64,000 nucleotides of DNA. It comes from Glycera tridactyla (taxonomy: Eukaryota). Both the position numbers and the translations under genes were made by a program. The notes under the pieces are model-generated. The model saw only the letters and a program-made list of their open reading frames with translations. It was not told the origin of the DNA and did no database searches. How positions within the stretch are numbered: position 1 is the stretch's first letter; every line of letters starts with the position of its first letter. Positions 52,370 through 64,000 of this stretch are shown piece by piece. The DNA lies in NCBI GenBank assembly GCA_965644265.1, contig OZ286477.1, positions 41,416,001 through 41,480,000 of the forward strand, written 5' to 3'.

Positions 52370-55300
52370 GGAACGGATAGAGAAAGCTCTGTTTCATTGA
52401 GATATCACACACCCAGATGAAATGACCCTTGCTGTGAGGCTGCCAAGAACCAGCTGGATCCAGGCATTTTTGGACATCAGCCAGGGATAACTGAAAATAC
52501 TTAATGTGTCTGTCACACGACTTCCTTGGAAGGCAATATTTTTTTCATGTATTTCCTTCAGAAGCAGCATAGCAAACAAAGCCCTGTCTCTGCTACAGTG
52601 AACACACGTTTTAGGACAACCCTGACACACACACATTACACGTTCTCTGCCACCGGAAGTGGACCAGACACAAACTTTTAGCCACTAATCTCAACTGCAA
52701 AATTACTTCTCTTACACGGAAAGTGCTATATTGTACTGTGAATATCCGATTNNNNNNNNNNNNNNNNNNNNNNNNNNNNNNNNNNNNNNNNNNNNNNNNN
52801 NNNNNNNNNNNNNNNNNNNNNNNNNNNNNNNNNNNNNNNNNNNNNNNNNNNNNNNNNNNNNNNNNNNNNNNNNNNNNNNNNNNNNNNNNNNNNNNNNNNN
52901 NNNNNNNNNNNNNNNNNNNNNNNNNNNNNNNNNNNNNNNNNNNNNNNNNNNNNNNNNNNNNNNNNNNNNNNNNNNNNNNNNNNNNNNNNNNNNNNNNNNN
53001 NNNNNNNNNNNNNNNNNNNNNNNNNNNNNNNNNNNNNNNNNNNNNNNNNNNNNNNNNNNNNNNNNNNNNNNNNNNNNNNNNNNNNNNNNNNNGCTGTATT
53101 TTCTATGATGTTTCTTTTTTCGATATGAAAAACTTCTGCAAGAATTTCCTCTATGACAGAAGCTTCTCCGCTACAGACCAAAACAAAACATATTAACAAT
53201 ATATATGCGAAATATATACACACTATGTGCGTGTAGGAAGGGGCATATTTTTTGGAAGTGAAGGATGTGAATGGCTGAGATCTGAATGGGGTGGATAAGA
53301 GGAAGAAAAAAAGGGGTGGGGTAGGGGTGACTGGGACATTGAGTCTGACTTCTCGTACATACATTGGGCTCATCATAATGAGGTCAAAGTACTGTTGGTG
53401 ACAGAGGGGGGCAACACAGTAGTCAGGTCTGCCAGCATCCTTCTATGACAACCCTGTCAAACAATGTGGGAATGCCAAATTTCCCTATGGATCAATTAAT
53501 TTTTCGCTCTCTATCGGATCATCGAAGTTCATGTCTCATGCTTGACTTCGAACAAATCACTATGGGCGGGGAGGTTGATTGCAGCCTCCCAAAGTTTGAT
53601 GCGATGATATTGTCGGGATTTCCCGCCCCACCTCCAGATACTGCTGGCAAGTAGCCGTCATTGAGATATCTTGTGTGATAGTTCTTCATCAGGCCTTCAA
53701 TATCAAGATTGTTCATGATATGCAACCAAATGTTTGTTTTTGATTAATTCCACATTGCGAACTGCAACAGACCAGGTCCATCAATGCAGCCTCGCAGAGC
53801 TGGGTCACGGGTGATAGCGAAGCCATTTTTAAGATATTTGGAAGAGGCAATGCGTTTATGATGATGAACCACCACCAGAAAATGGCAAGATCCCTCCTTT
53901 CAGATAATTGTCACATCAGAGTGTAGATTACAGCAAAACTATCTTACAACCAGCTGATCATACCCTGAGTGAGGATTCTGCTCTCCTGTCTTTTTTAACC
54001 ATACCCTACCTCATGCATTGGTATTTGGTCACAGGGCAGTGTGTGACAGAGAATGCGATTTTGAGAGTTCCATGAATGTAGATCATTAGGAGTTCCGTTA
54101 ATGTGGGTCATTATGAAAATCTATGACAAGGGGAGTTCCGTCAATATAGGTCATTATGACAATTTATGACAAGGGGAGTTCAGTGAATATAGGTCGTTGT
54201 GGCATTTTATGACAAGGTGAGTTCAGTGAATATAGGTCATCATGACAATTTATGACAAGGGGAGTTCAGTGAATATAGGTCATTATGACAATTGATGACA
54301 AGGGGAGTTCAGTGAATATAGGTCATTGTGACATTCTATGACAAGGTGACTTCAGTGAATATAGGTCATCATGACAATTTATGACAAGGGGAGTTCCAAG
54401 AAAGTAGGTCATAAGGACAATTTATGACAAGGGGGATATAGTTCATCAAAGCAAGATATGGCGATGAGATTTCCATGGATGTTGGTAATTAGGACGATTG
54501 ATGACTAGATGAGTTCTGTTTATATAGGTCACTAGGGCAGATTATGACAAAGAGAGTTCCGTTGATGGAGAAGACAAAGACAGGGTTGAGGCGTTTTCGC
54601 GAACCAATTTTAAAAGACAGATATTCAGACTCATTACTATATTGACTTAATCCTACTCGGATGGACTCCATAATGGCCATTGTGGGCTTTGTTCATGGGT
54701 GAGAGAAGTCCCTGCATCAGTAAAACCATGACCACAGATTTATGCATGGTCACCATCAATCAGACAGTGTGAACGACATTCGATTGTATATGTGTGTGCA
54801 AGATATCAGCTACAATGAGATGCTATCCAACATATTTCTAATTGAATCGTATATGATCTCCGAGTTAAGCTTTCCATTTGTTTAGGGAGGATTACAGGTC
54901 ATTCAGCCCGATGAGAATTTGACAACGATCTGATTTCAATCCTGCTCTTCATTTGGACAACCATTATTATAGCAAGATTCCCCAAGCTCAATGGTACGAA
55001 CAGTTTTACCACACGCAGTGGAGCACAGGTGGAGCGATATCCCGAGGCACATTGCGCCATCTGTGCTCACAAGGGTGTGATATCATCATTCAAACCGCTC
55101 AGGGTGGGGACACTTGAAGTACCTTCTAAGTTCTGAATTAATTTCACTGTTGTTTTATTTGTAATCTTCTCTGCCCTACCTTGTGGAATAAGCAGGATCC
55201 GCCATGTTTGTTCTTCATGAATGCTCACTGGTACTCTATCTTACAGCACATGCTTCAAACATGAGCAGATGTTACAGTGCCAGTCAGGTGGTGAATGGCA

Positions 55301-55551
55301 CAACTAGTCCTTGCATTACTTACAGGGTGGGGAGTATTCCTAGTGATATGACATACCACTCTATCACAGAGAAAACTGCACAAGTGGCATTATGCGACTG
55401 AAACACTCTCTTGAAATGATCTTTTTTTTGTGATTTTCCATCTCGAGAAAGTGACGAGTTTTTGTCTCGCTTGTGGGCGAGCTTGAGATGACGGTAGAGA
55501 TGAATGGATGGATGGGTGGATGAATTAATGGATGTATTGATAGAAGGATGA
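52370..55551 (+). repeat. IR2 spacer portion of the beta copy, continuous with the right arm
   Basis: Colinear with 2021-5450. Its first 100 bp match the reverse complement of 413-510. Confidence 0.88.
54088..54435. repeat. 43-bp minisatellite, ~8 copies (homologue of 3755-4165)
   Basis: Unit gagttcagtgaatataggtcattatgacaatttatgacaaggg(g). Confidence 0.93.
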
Positions 55552-55765
55552 NNNNNNNNNNNNNNNNNNNNNNNNNNNNNNNNNNNNNNNNNNNNNNNNN
55601 NNNNNNNNNNNNNNNNNNNNNNNNNNNNNNNNNNNNNNNNNNNNNNNNNNNNNNNNNNNNNNNNNNNNNNNNNNNNNNNNNNNNNNNNNNNNNNNNNNNN
55701 NNNNNNNNNNNNNNNNNNNNNNNNNNNNNNNNNNNNNNNNNNNNNNNNNNNNNNNNNNNNNNNNN

Positions 55766-58700
55766 GGAAATGGGGAGGCGGGAAAAGGGGATCGGGGTAT
55801 ATTTTGATCCATGCGAGTATCACTAAGGAAAGTTGAAATATTCATATTCTAGACATGAATACACTAACATCGATGCTGATGCTTCTAATTTCAGGTTTCA
55901 AATGATCTAGATATGGTTGAGAAAGTGTGAAATATTCGTTTATCATTTGCGCTGGCACTCAGATGTTACTGATCCTATGATGTAAGCATTTTGCTGAGTC
56001 TATGTGAGGCAAGGATCATTATCTTCTTTACACTACACTTGACACATCATAATATTCTTTTTCATTAGGGCTTCATTTCTACCACCACACGCCTCTCTTT
56101 TCCAACTAAAACAAAGTCTGCCATAAGTGTTTGTAAATTATTTTTTCTGATTAATCATGTAACAATATTCACCTAATGCATGTACCTTTAAAATGAGAGC
56201 ATTCCCTAGCTGGCGAAAAATGAGAACAAATACATCAGATTGACATCTCCAGCTGATTTAGAGGGTGGCAGAAGTTTACTTTTTTGTTCTCTCGCTGCCT
56301 GAGGTCGGTACAAATATGAATACTGCCCAGTCCATAGTGNNNNNNNNNNNNNNNNNNNNNNNNNNNNNNNNNNNNNNNNNNNNNNNNNNNNNNNNNNNNN
56401 NNNNNNNNNNNNNNNNNNNNNNNNNNNNNNNNNNNNNNNNNNNNNNNNNNNNNNNNNNNNNNNNNNNNNNNNNATCCTTGGATTACTGTATCGTCAATGC
56501 TATCACCGACTGTACTGTATATGTTTCTGTTGACTTTTGTCACAATGCTTGTTGACTGTAGTGTCAGTGCTTCTGTTGACTGCTCCCATAATGCTTGTTG
56601 ACTGTAGTGTCAGTGCCTCTGTTGACTGTTCTCACGATGCTTGTTGACTGTAGTGTCCGTGACCTTGTTGACTGTTCTCACAATGCTTGTTGACTGTAGT
56701 GTCAGTGCGTCTGTTGTCTGTTCTCGCAATGCTAGTTGACTGTAGTATAAGTGCGTCTGTTCTCTGTTCTCGCAATTCCTGTTCACCGCAGGATCAATGC
56801 CTCTATTGACAGTTCTATCAATGCTTGTTGACTGTAGGGTCAGTGCTTCTATTGACTGTTCTATCAATGCTTGTTGACTGTAGGGTCAGTGCTTCTGTCG
56901 ACTGTTCTATCAATGCTTGTTGACTATAGGGTCAGTGCTTCTATTGACTGTTCTATCAATGCTTGTTGACTGTAGGGTCGGTGCTTCTATTGACTGTTCA
57001 ATCAATGCTTCTTGACTGTAGGGTCAGTGCTTCTATCGACTGTTCTATCAATGCTTGTTGACTGTAGGGTCAGTGCTTCTACTGACTGTTCTATCAATGC
57101 TTGTTGACTGTAGGGTCAGTGCTTCTATTGACTGTTCTACCAATGCTTGTTTACTGTAGGGTCAGTGCTTCTATTGACTGTTCTATCAATGCTTGTTGAC
57201 TGTAGGGTCAGTGCTTCTATCGACTGTTCTATCAAGGCTTGTTGACTTTTATTGAGTGTACTGTCCATGCTACTGATGAATGCTTCTCCGATGCCTTTCT
57301 CGGCTGTACGGTCATCGTTCGGTTGAGTGTTTGATCAATTATTCACTTGATTGACTGTTTGTGCTATTTCAGATTCAGATGACTGTACTGTCAATGCTTC
57401 TGATGAATGAACATGTATGGACAGTGTCTTTGTCGACTGTACTGTCAATGTTTCCGTTGACTTTATTCTCCATGCTTCCGTTCACTGTACTACTATCGGT
57501 TCTAGCTACTGTATAATCAGATGATGAGCATCATTCATGGTGATCTGCTATCACCTGTTGGAGTTGTTTGTCCTATCAGTTGGCAGAGTTTCAGCACAAC
57601 TTTCAATACTTGGACTGCTTTATTGGTCGCTGTATTCTCGTCTGTTTCTTCGAATTGTCAGTAAATCAGAAATAGTCATCATGCACATCATATTTTCAAA
57701 AGAATTTATACATGTCATCTGCATCAAGTCCTCTGTGAAACTGTCCCCTGCCCAGACTTCGAAGCCCACCTGACACAGCCAGGACTTATTGCCTCTAATT
57801 TTCCGTTGATAGTATCCAATTCTACGATGAAATGAGGAGTGATTCGGCTGATGAATACCTGACATTCGCCATTGTTCATCCACTAAACATTTACGTCATT
57901 GTCAATTATCTTGCATTCTTCCAGCATACTATACGCAACCTACTCCTGCCGCCTGTTGATGTAACAAATTGAGGGAAAATGGTGAGGCCACGTGGGATAC
58001 GGCTTGTTTGGTCCTCACTTTCCATGCATGGCGTTGATTGCGACACCACGATCGAGCATCAATGGCTCCATGTTTTGTGTTGGGTGACGGGTCCATGAAA
58101 CATGGCTGTGAGAGAGTGGATCTATTCACTGTGGAAGGGAAGAGGCCAGAGATGGTGGCGGATCGTCATTGCTTCAAACATCAGAAGGTCTGGTAGAGTG
58201 GCGCAACTACCGCAGAACTCCGTGATTGCAGTCCTATGGATTCATGGAATGAATTTCTTTCACAATGACATCTGGAATTACCCCACCTTGATAACCGGTG
58301 AGATCAGGATGTTCTGTTCATACTCCTTGCTTCAGGAAGCATCTGATCCAGAGTCGGGATTCATTTCTCCCAAGCAGGAGATTCATGAGCATCTGAGTGG
58401 TATCAAATTCAACTAGTTTTTCCCAATTTTGTCTTACCGACCACATAGAGCAAAAGGTGCAGGACCGAATTCGTTGTACTACTGCATACACTGATAGTCG
58501 AGGTGATAAAGACTGACATAAGCACGAGGTAAGGTCAGAGCATTCATTTCCCATTTCTTCAACCCTTGTGATACGTACCTGTGTTGTTCATCTGTCACTG
58601 TTATCAGGAGTGCAGGTCATATGAACATTGTCAGAGTTGACATTTGGTGATTGGTGGCTGGGCGCGACTGGCTTGCTGTATTCAGACCAGTGACTTCCGC

Positions 58701-61700
58701 CGGAGATGACGGAGAGTGTCATTCAATTGGAACCTATAGTGAGGGTAGAATCAAAATCACTTGGGTGGCTGTCGGGTGCTAGATAAACTAGCAATCAGCA
58801 TATACCGGGAAAGCTTTTACACTTCACCGACGGACCAAACAACCACGGGATTCCCACTGATGTCTTTCGTTCACAAATGATCGAGGGCGAAGATAACTGA
58901 TGTGAAAATACTCATTACCAAATGAATGAAAACAAATTGGTTTGCACTCTCTTGAAATCAGCGCTGCTCATCAATGTGGCCATTTTCCATGCATTTTGTC
59001 GACCTTCATCAGCTAGCAGCTGCCTTCTGCAATTGTGATGGTCCCAGAAGTGCTGTACCAAGAGTTGCTATCGTGTGAAGCACTGCAGTTTACCCCTGAT
59101 ACCACTGAAATGGGATATGCATGAACAAAAATACTCCATCAGACCTTACTCCATTTTGCCATCTCTATTGCGGGCTTTTGAACAGGGCCATGGCAAAAAT
59201 GACAACATCGACAACCAAGATGATGGTGATGGTTGTGGTGATGGCAGTGGGGATGAGGGCATTGTTCATTGTGGTGGCAGTGGTTGTGGTTGAAATGTGA
59301 GGCTCTGGTGGTATGGGTAGTAGTTATGATGATTGTGTTGAGGTGAAGATGGTTGAGGTGCTGATAGTTATGGTTGTGATAGTGATGATAGTGTGTGATA
59401 CAGCCCGAGGGACTTCTTGCTGCATAATGAAGAACAATGTCCGACAAGTGGATAATTCGACGATGCACCACGAAACATCGTCTGACAAGTTTATAATCCA
59501 CTGAACCAGTTACATCCATCCATCCTTCCTTATATCCATAAAAACGATGCACCTATCAATTCATCCATCCATCCATCCATCTGTGTATCCCCAATCCATT
59601 GATGTATCCATTCATCGAACATCCATCCGTACATCCATCAATCGATCAATCCATCCATCTACTTCTCCTTCCATTCATCCATTCATCCATCCATCCATGT
59701 ATCCATCAATCCTATCTGTCGTCCTGAATGTTCATTCACTCAATCATTGACTCCATGCATCTCCCAATTTTTGTATTTCAACTGTGACTCTGCTGAAGAA
59801 TGATTCTGATGATCCTTATGGCTATCTCACTTGATAAGCCAAATGTGGTGTGAGATCAAGAGTTCAGTGATAGCCAGGCTATGCTCACATTGTTCACATT
59901 GTTGAGCATTATGGTGCGAGTGTGAAGTAGAGCATGTGAGGATAAGATGTAGGTGCTTTGATTTATTATCGACATTGATGACCACCATCAGTGTACCAGA
60001 CTTCCCACTCATCCATGGATGACGTGAAATTATAACTGCTGTCACTCAGTGATTGTTTGAGGTATGCATACCATTACCTGCACTTGGTGACCACGGAAAT
60101 CTATCCATTTTCAGTTGAATCTACAGTCACTGGATAACTCCTGTGAAATATATTTATTTGAGATAATCTTTCGGGGAAAACAGATGTGAGTCCACCTTGT
60201 GAGCCAATATGGGAAGCCCTGTAGCGATAATTATCGGAGGCAAATTCTGGAACTCCTCACATTTGGGTGTTATGCATGGGACAGAAACGGTGGTATGATT
60301 ACTCTGAAGGTCAAGTCAAGCCCAGTGTGCTATCCTGTATTTACTGTCAATCTCACAGATATTCCCTTTTTGTTGAGAGACCCGGGTTGAGGATTGATTA
60401 CACCCATGTCCATATCATCGGCGTCGATATATGGCATGTTTGGTGCACATGTTGAACAAAAACCAATCATCCTTAAACTTGGTATATATATATAATATAT
60501 AAGTGTTGCTGTGGTAGCTGTTGTAGATGTGGTTGATGTCACTACCATTGCTTTCGTTGTTGCTGCTGCTGCTCTTTTTGCTCTTGTTGTTGTCATCATT
60601 GCTGAAGTTGATGTCGATGGAGACAATGATAGCGTTGGCAATTATCAGGATGATAATGATGATGATGATATGAAGAAGGAGGAGTAGGAGGAGTAGGAAG
60701 GGAAGGAGGAGGAGTAGAAGAAGAAGATGATGAAGAAGAAGAAGAAGAAGAAGAAGAAGAAGAAGAAGAAAAAGGATGTGCGCAGCATCATCTTGTAAGA
60801 TGAAGGCAACATCTCTAGTCACATTATATTCCTCATTTGCTCCTCTCGATTGATGAGCTATTCAAGGCCAATGAGCAATGCTTTCATCAATCACATCTTC
60901 TCTGATGGCTACAGTATGAGAAAACTTGCGTACGTTCGCTTGATTACTGCTGGAAAATCACCGAGTTGTCGTGCAATGGTCCAATTCCTAGTATATGCCA
61001 CAGTTAATCCTGTCAGACCCAGATGGTCCCACTGATTGAAGAGACAGGCAAATGATGCTCACGTTTGATTAGATTGTGACATAGACCGAAAAATGTCCAT
61101 AGCAACAGCATCAATAAGATGCTATGCAAGATTCCAGGGATTGCGATGTCTTTATATCTGAAATGACAAGATAAATCTTTGATCTGGCAAGAACCTACAG
61201 GTACTACTGATCAGTTGGGTGAATCAAACACCAGCCAAACATCCAACACTTAGCAGTATGCAACATTTTCATGTTTAGTATTGGGTAATCCAGACTCAGC
61301 TCATAAACCTGCAGCCAAACATTATCACAAAATGAAGGGATGATTGAGTTTATTTGGTTGAGATGAGTTTCCACATTTCAATCTGACATTTACTTTCCAC
61401 ACCATGTGTTTTCTCCATCATTACCTCCAACCCCCCATCATCCATCACTTAGACCGAGCACAAACATTTAAATTGAACCAGTGTTTGTCTTGCCCACAAA
61501 CACAGACAACATCTCACATCTTTCAGTTAATTGAATGCTTTCGAGATATTCGTGAATCCCAATGGATAGATATCTCATAGTATGCTTCTATTCCTTGAAC
61601 ACGAATTTCAGAAATGCTTTTCCGATGTCAAGGACCTGAAAGGATGAGCCTCAAATAATCGCACCCATGCCAATCGCACGGGCATCACAACCAAGCAAAA

Positions 61701-63407
61701 ATGAAGTTGGACCAGAATCAAACAATCCTGTATATGATTAGTGAACAAAATCTCTCAGCTCACATGTCGGAGTGTGTATTTTACTGCTGGGGTGACACTT
61801 TGAATGAGCTCGGCAGTTGAGTAGTTTCTTCATGTTTTGCATATTCCGAGAAGACAATGCGTTAAATAAGTGAATGCTGTCTTCATGCACATAATTGAGT
61901 GTAATTTTACTAATGCTCGTCGCCAGGCTGTTTATCCATGAAGAGACGGGGCAACTGGATAGCGTGATTAGGTTGTCTGGGTGATGACTACTGTATTATC
62001 AACTTTCATAAATGCACAGCACCATAACTCATCACTGTACAATGGAAGCTACGTATTGTTCTGATATCAGCAAACTCGCCATCATGTTCAGTGATTCATG
62101 TATCCTCAAACTGGAAATGAACATTTGTTCGTTTTTTTAGCTCAATTGACGATCACGATGGAGGGATATGTCCGACGAATTTAGCATGCAGGCATTGGTT
62201 GAGCAATAGCCAAGGTATGCTCACATTCGTTATTACAGGGGTGCTTGTGTGAACTGAAGCATGCAAGGATAAAATGAAGTTCCATTGATCTATCATCAAC
62301 ATTGATGACCACCGTGATTGATCTGGACTTCCTATTCATCCAGGATATGGAAGAATTACAAATTGTGTTAGTTTTCATATTCCCAGTGATTACAAACTGA
62401 GATGTGCGTGCGATTACCTCATATATTCATCCACACAATATGAAACTAGACCATTTGAGTATTATTCACATTTTGGTCTTGACACCATAACACCACTTCC
62501 AGTGAATTTCATCTTCAGTTGGCCTGCCGTGGTGGCTCAGTGGTAGCATACCGGGCCGGCGTGCAATGGGTCTGGGGTTCAGTGCTCGGTCCTATCATGC
62601 AGGAACATTTCACCCTTCATCTTCGATCCTCCTCGGCAGGTGGTCTGATTTAGCCTACTCAAGTGCAGGAAGTGGACCTAAAGCCTTAACATTTCATCCT
62701 CAGTGGATAACTCTCGAAATGAATATTTTGAAGTTTTGTTGTGGCAAACAAATGCCAGATGAACTTATGATGCCTGTCAGTGATGGTTTTCGAGGACTGA
62801 CCAAGGAACAATTCTGAAACTCGTTATCTTTGAAAATCCACAATGGAAACCCAACTGACCTATATCTGTCGTCATTTGACTTACATCTTTGCAAAGCATT
62901 GTTGGATACACATGCACAGTCACTGAATTATGTCAGCATCTCAGAATGTCATGGGTGCTCTAGGGGCCACCGCTTTACATCCTTCCCTCGTTGTAGCTAA
63001 TGGTAATGTTGCTGTTCGCGACATCATTAATGACACTGCTCCAGTTCATCAAGGCAGATCCTTTGTGCTCACAATGGCCTGGTGATATGGTCGTGGTACA
63101 TCTTTATTTCAACCTATTGTTTCAATCTTTTGCATTTTATTAGCATAGTTTATATTTTGCATGTAACTGCCATGGCTCTCCCTGGCAATCAAGGTCAAGA
63201 TGGCATGAAAGTCAATTCCCCTCATTTTTTGACCTACCCTATCTAATGCCAAAACTACAGACCGTTTCCCTCATCAGGAAATTCAGGAATAACCTCCAAC
63301 ATGAAGCTATGTTGTGACCTTCCACAAAAATCACAGGGCCTGGACACATGGGACGATGGTCTGTGTCAATGCATGAAAAGTTTTCATGGAAACTTTCAAA
63401 AATACTT
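55766..63407 (-). repeat. Inverted repeat IR2, right arm (~7.6 kb)
   Basis: Mirror of 42795-51736 with arm-specific indels. Homology fades at ttcaaaaatactt (~63407). Confidence 0.96.
62520..62690 (+). mobile_element. tRNA-derived SINE with ~14-bp target-site duplication
   Basis: A box tggctcagtgg (62533-62543) and degenerate B box ggttcagtgc (62576). Flanked by atttcatcttcagt (62506-62519) and atttcatcctcagt (62691-62704). The mirror arm has a single empty site at ~44245-44260. Confidence 0.85.
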
Positions 63408-63799
63408 GATATGTTTTGGTGAGAACTTACCATTTAGACCCACATCTCATATTCTAAGACAGCAGACAGTATATACGAGAATAATGACAGCAGTGATGGC
63501 GATTGTCAAGCGTACGCTCCCTTCAGCGATAAATAAATGGCAAAATGGTGTATTTGCATTGATATACCATAGCTCACATACTAAGACAGCAGACAGTATC
63601 TTCATTATCGCATATACAATAATTATGACGCACACTCACTTCAGCGAAAAAAAAGTGGCATAACATTGACATTTCCATACAGTCAGTAATCTAAAGCTAC
63701 TCTCCTGAGATTTGAGGGAAATTTCATACAATCTTGAGATGCATAGGTTCAAAAGTACCAAGATATTTGATGCAGTATTGAAGGTAAATAATCAATATA

Positions 63800-63976
63800 C
63801 AGTAAAACCTGTCTTAAGTGAAAAGTCACGGGACCAGATTTTTCTTTCACTTAAGACAGGATTTTGCTTAGCGCAGGACAATTGTAGTGAGAAAAAAACA
63901 TCCAGGCCGACCGTGGGGTATGTGCTCAAGACAGGATTCCACCTAGCGCAGGTTTACACTCAAGCAGGTTTCACTG
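63800..63976. mobile_element. Tc1/mariner(pogo)-type MITE
   Basis: TIRs cagtaaaacctgtcttaagtg and cactcaagcaggtttcactg, flanked by TA on both sides (63798-63799, 63977-63978). Length 177 bp. Confidence 0.85.
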
Positions 63977-64000
63977 TATATGGTAGAGTTATTCTCACAA

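Larger units (their letters stand above)
543..56473. other. Nine N gaps
   Basis: 543-1220, 2344-2626, 10373-10770, 39600-39805, 41987-42134, 51737-51880, 52752-53092, 55552-55765, 56340-56473. Most are flanked by or homologous to simple repeats. Confidence 0.99.

Noticed and set aside
62520-62600. tRNA gene
   Set aside because: A box present but B box degenerate and no convincing cloverleaf; TSDs, a non-tRNA tail and a second copy indicate a SINE.
63200-63420. FFDLPYLMPKL as a family-B DNA polymerase ExoII motif (also 42930-42990, minus)
   Set aside because: The upstream GxN is missing and no ExoI, ExoIII or polymerase motifs are nearby; a six-residue resemblance is insufficient.

Overview
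Eukaryotic, repeat-saturated region, probably from an animal; a marine invertebrate is suggested by the repeat types but cannot be established. No intact host gene, rRNA, tRNA gene or CRISPR array is recognisable. The only confidently identified coding sequences are two decayed, 5'-truncated DIRS1-like tyrosine-recombinase retrotransposons of sister families: DIRS-A (16.7-19.4 kb, +) and DIRS-B (27.5-29.9 kb, -). Both show RT/RNase H/methyltransferase, YR, an internal complementary region and a long overlapping alternative reading frame. The dominant structure is two giant inverted repeats. IR1 has arms 19837-27379 / 29882-37074 around a 2.5-kb spacer holding DIRS-B. IR2 has arms ~42795-51736 / 55766-~63407 around a 4-kb spacer. 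In both, the centre-proximal 2.5-3.4 kb are nearly identical while outer parts are a patchwork of more diverged blocks. The arms and most of the rest are diverged copies of one large (probably >=20 kb) unit carrying many stop-poor protein-like frames that I cannot assign to any family; it may be a decayed virus-like or giant mobile element. Comparing copies reveals a 1.6-kb inversion at a 7-bp microhomology, arm-specific SINE/LINE/other insertions and copy-specific minisatellite histories. Identity percentages are by-eye estimates. Nine N gaps mostly adjoin simple repeats, so assembly artefacts need excluding.
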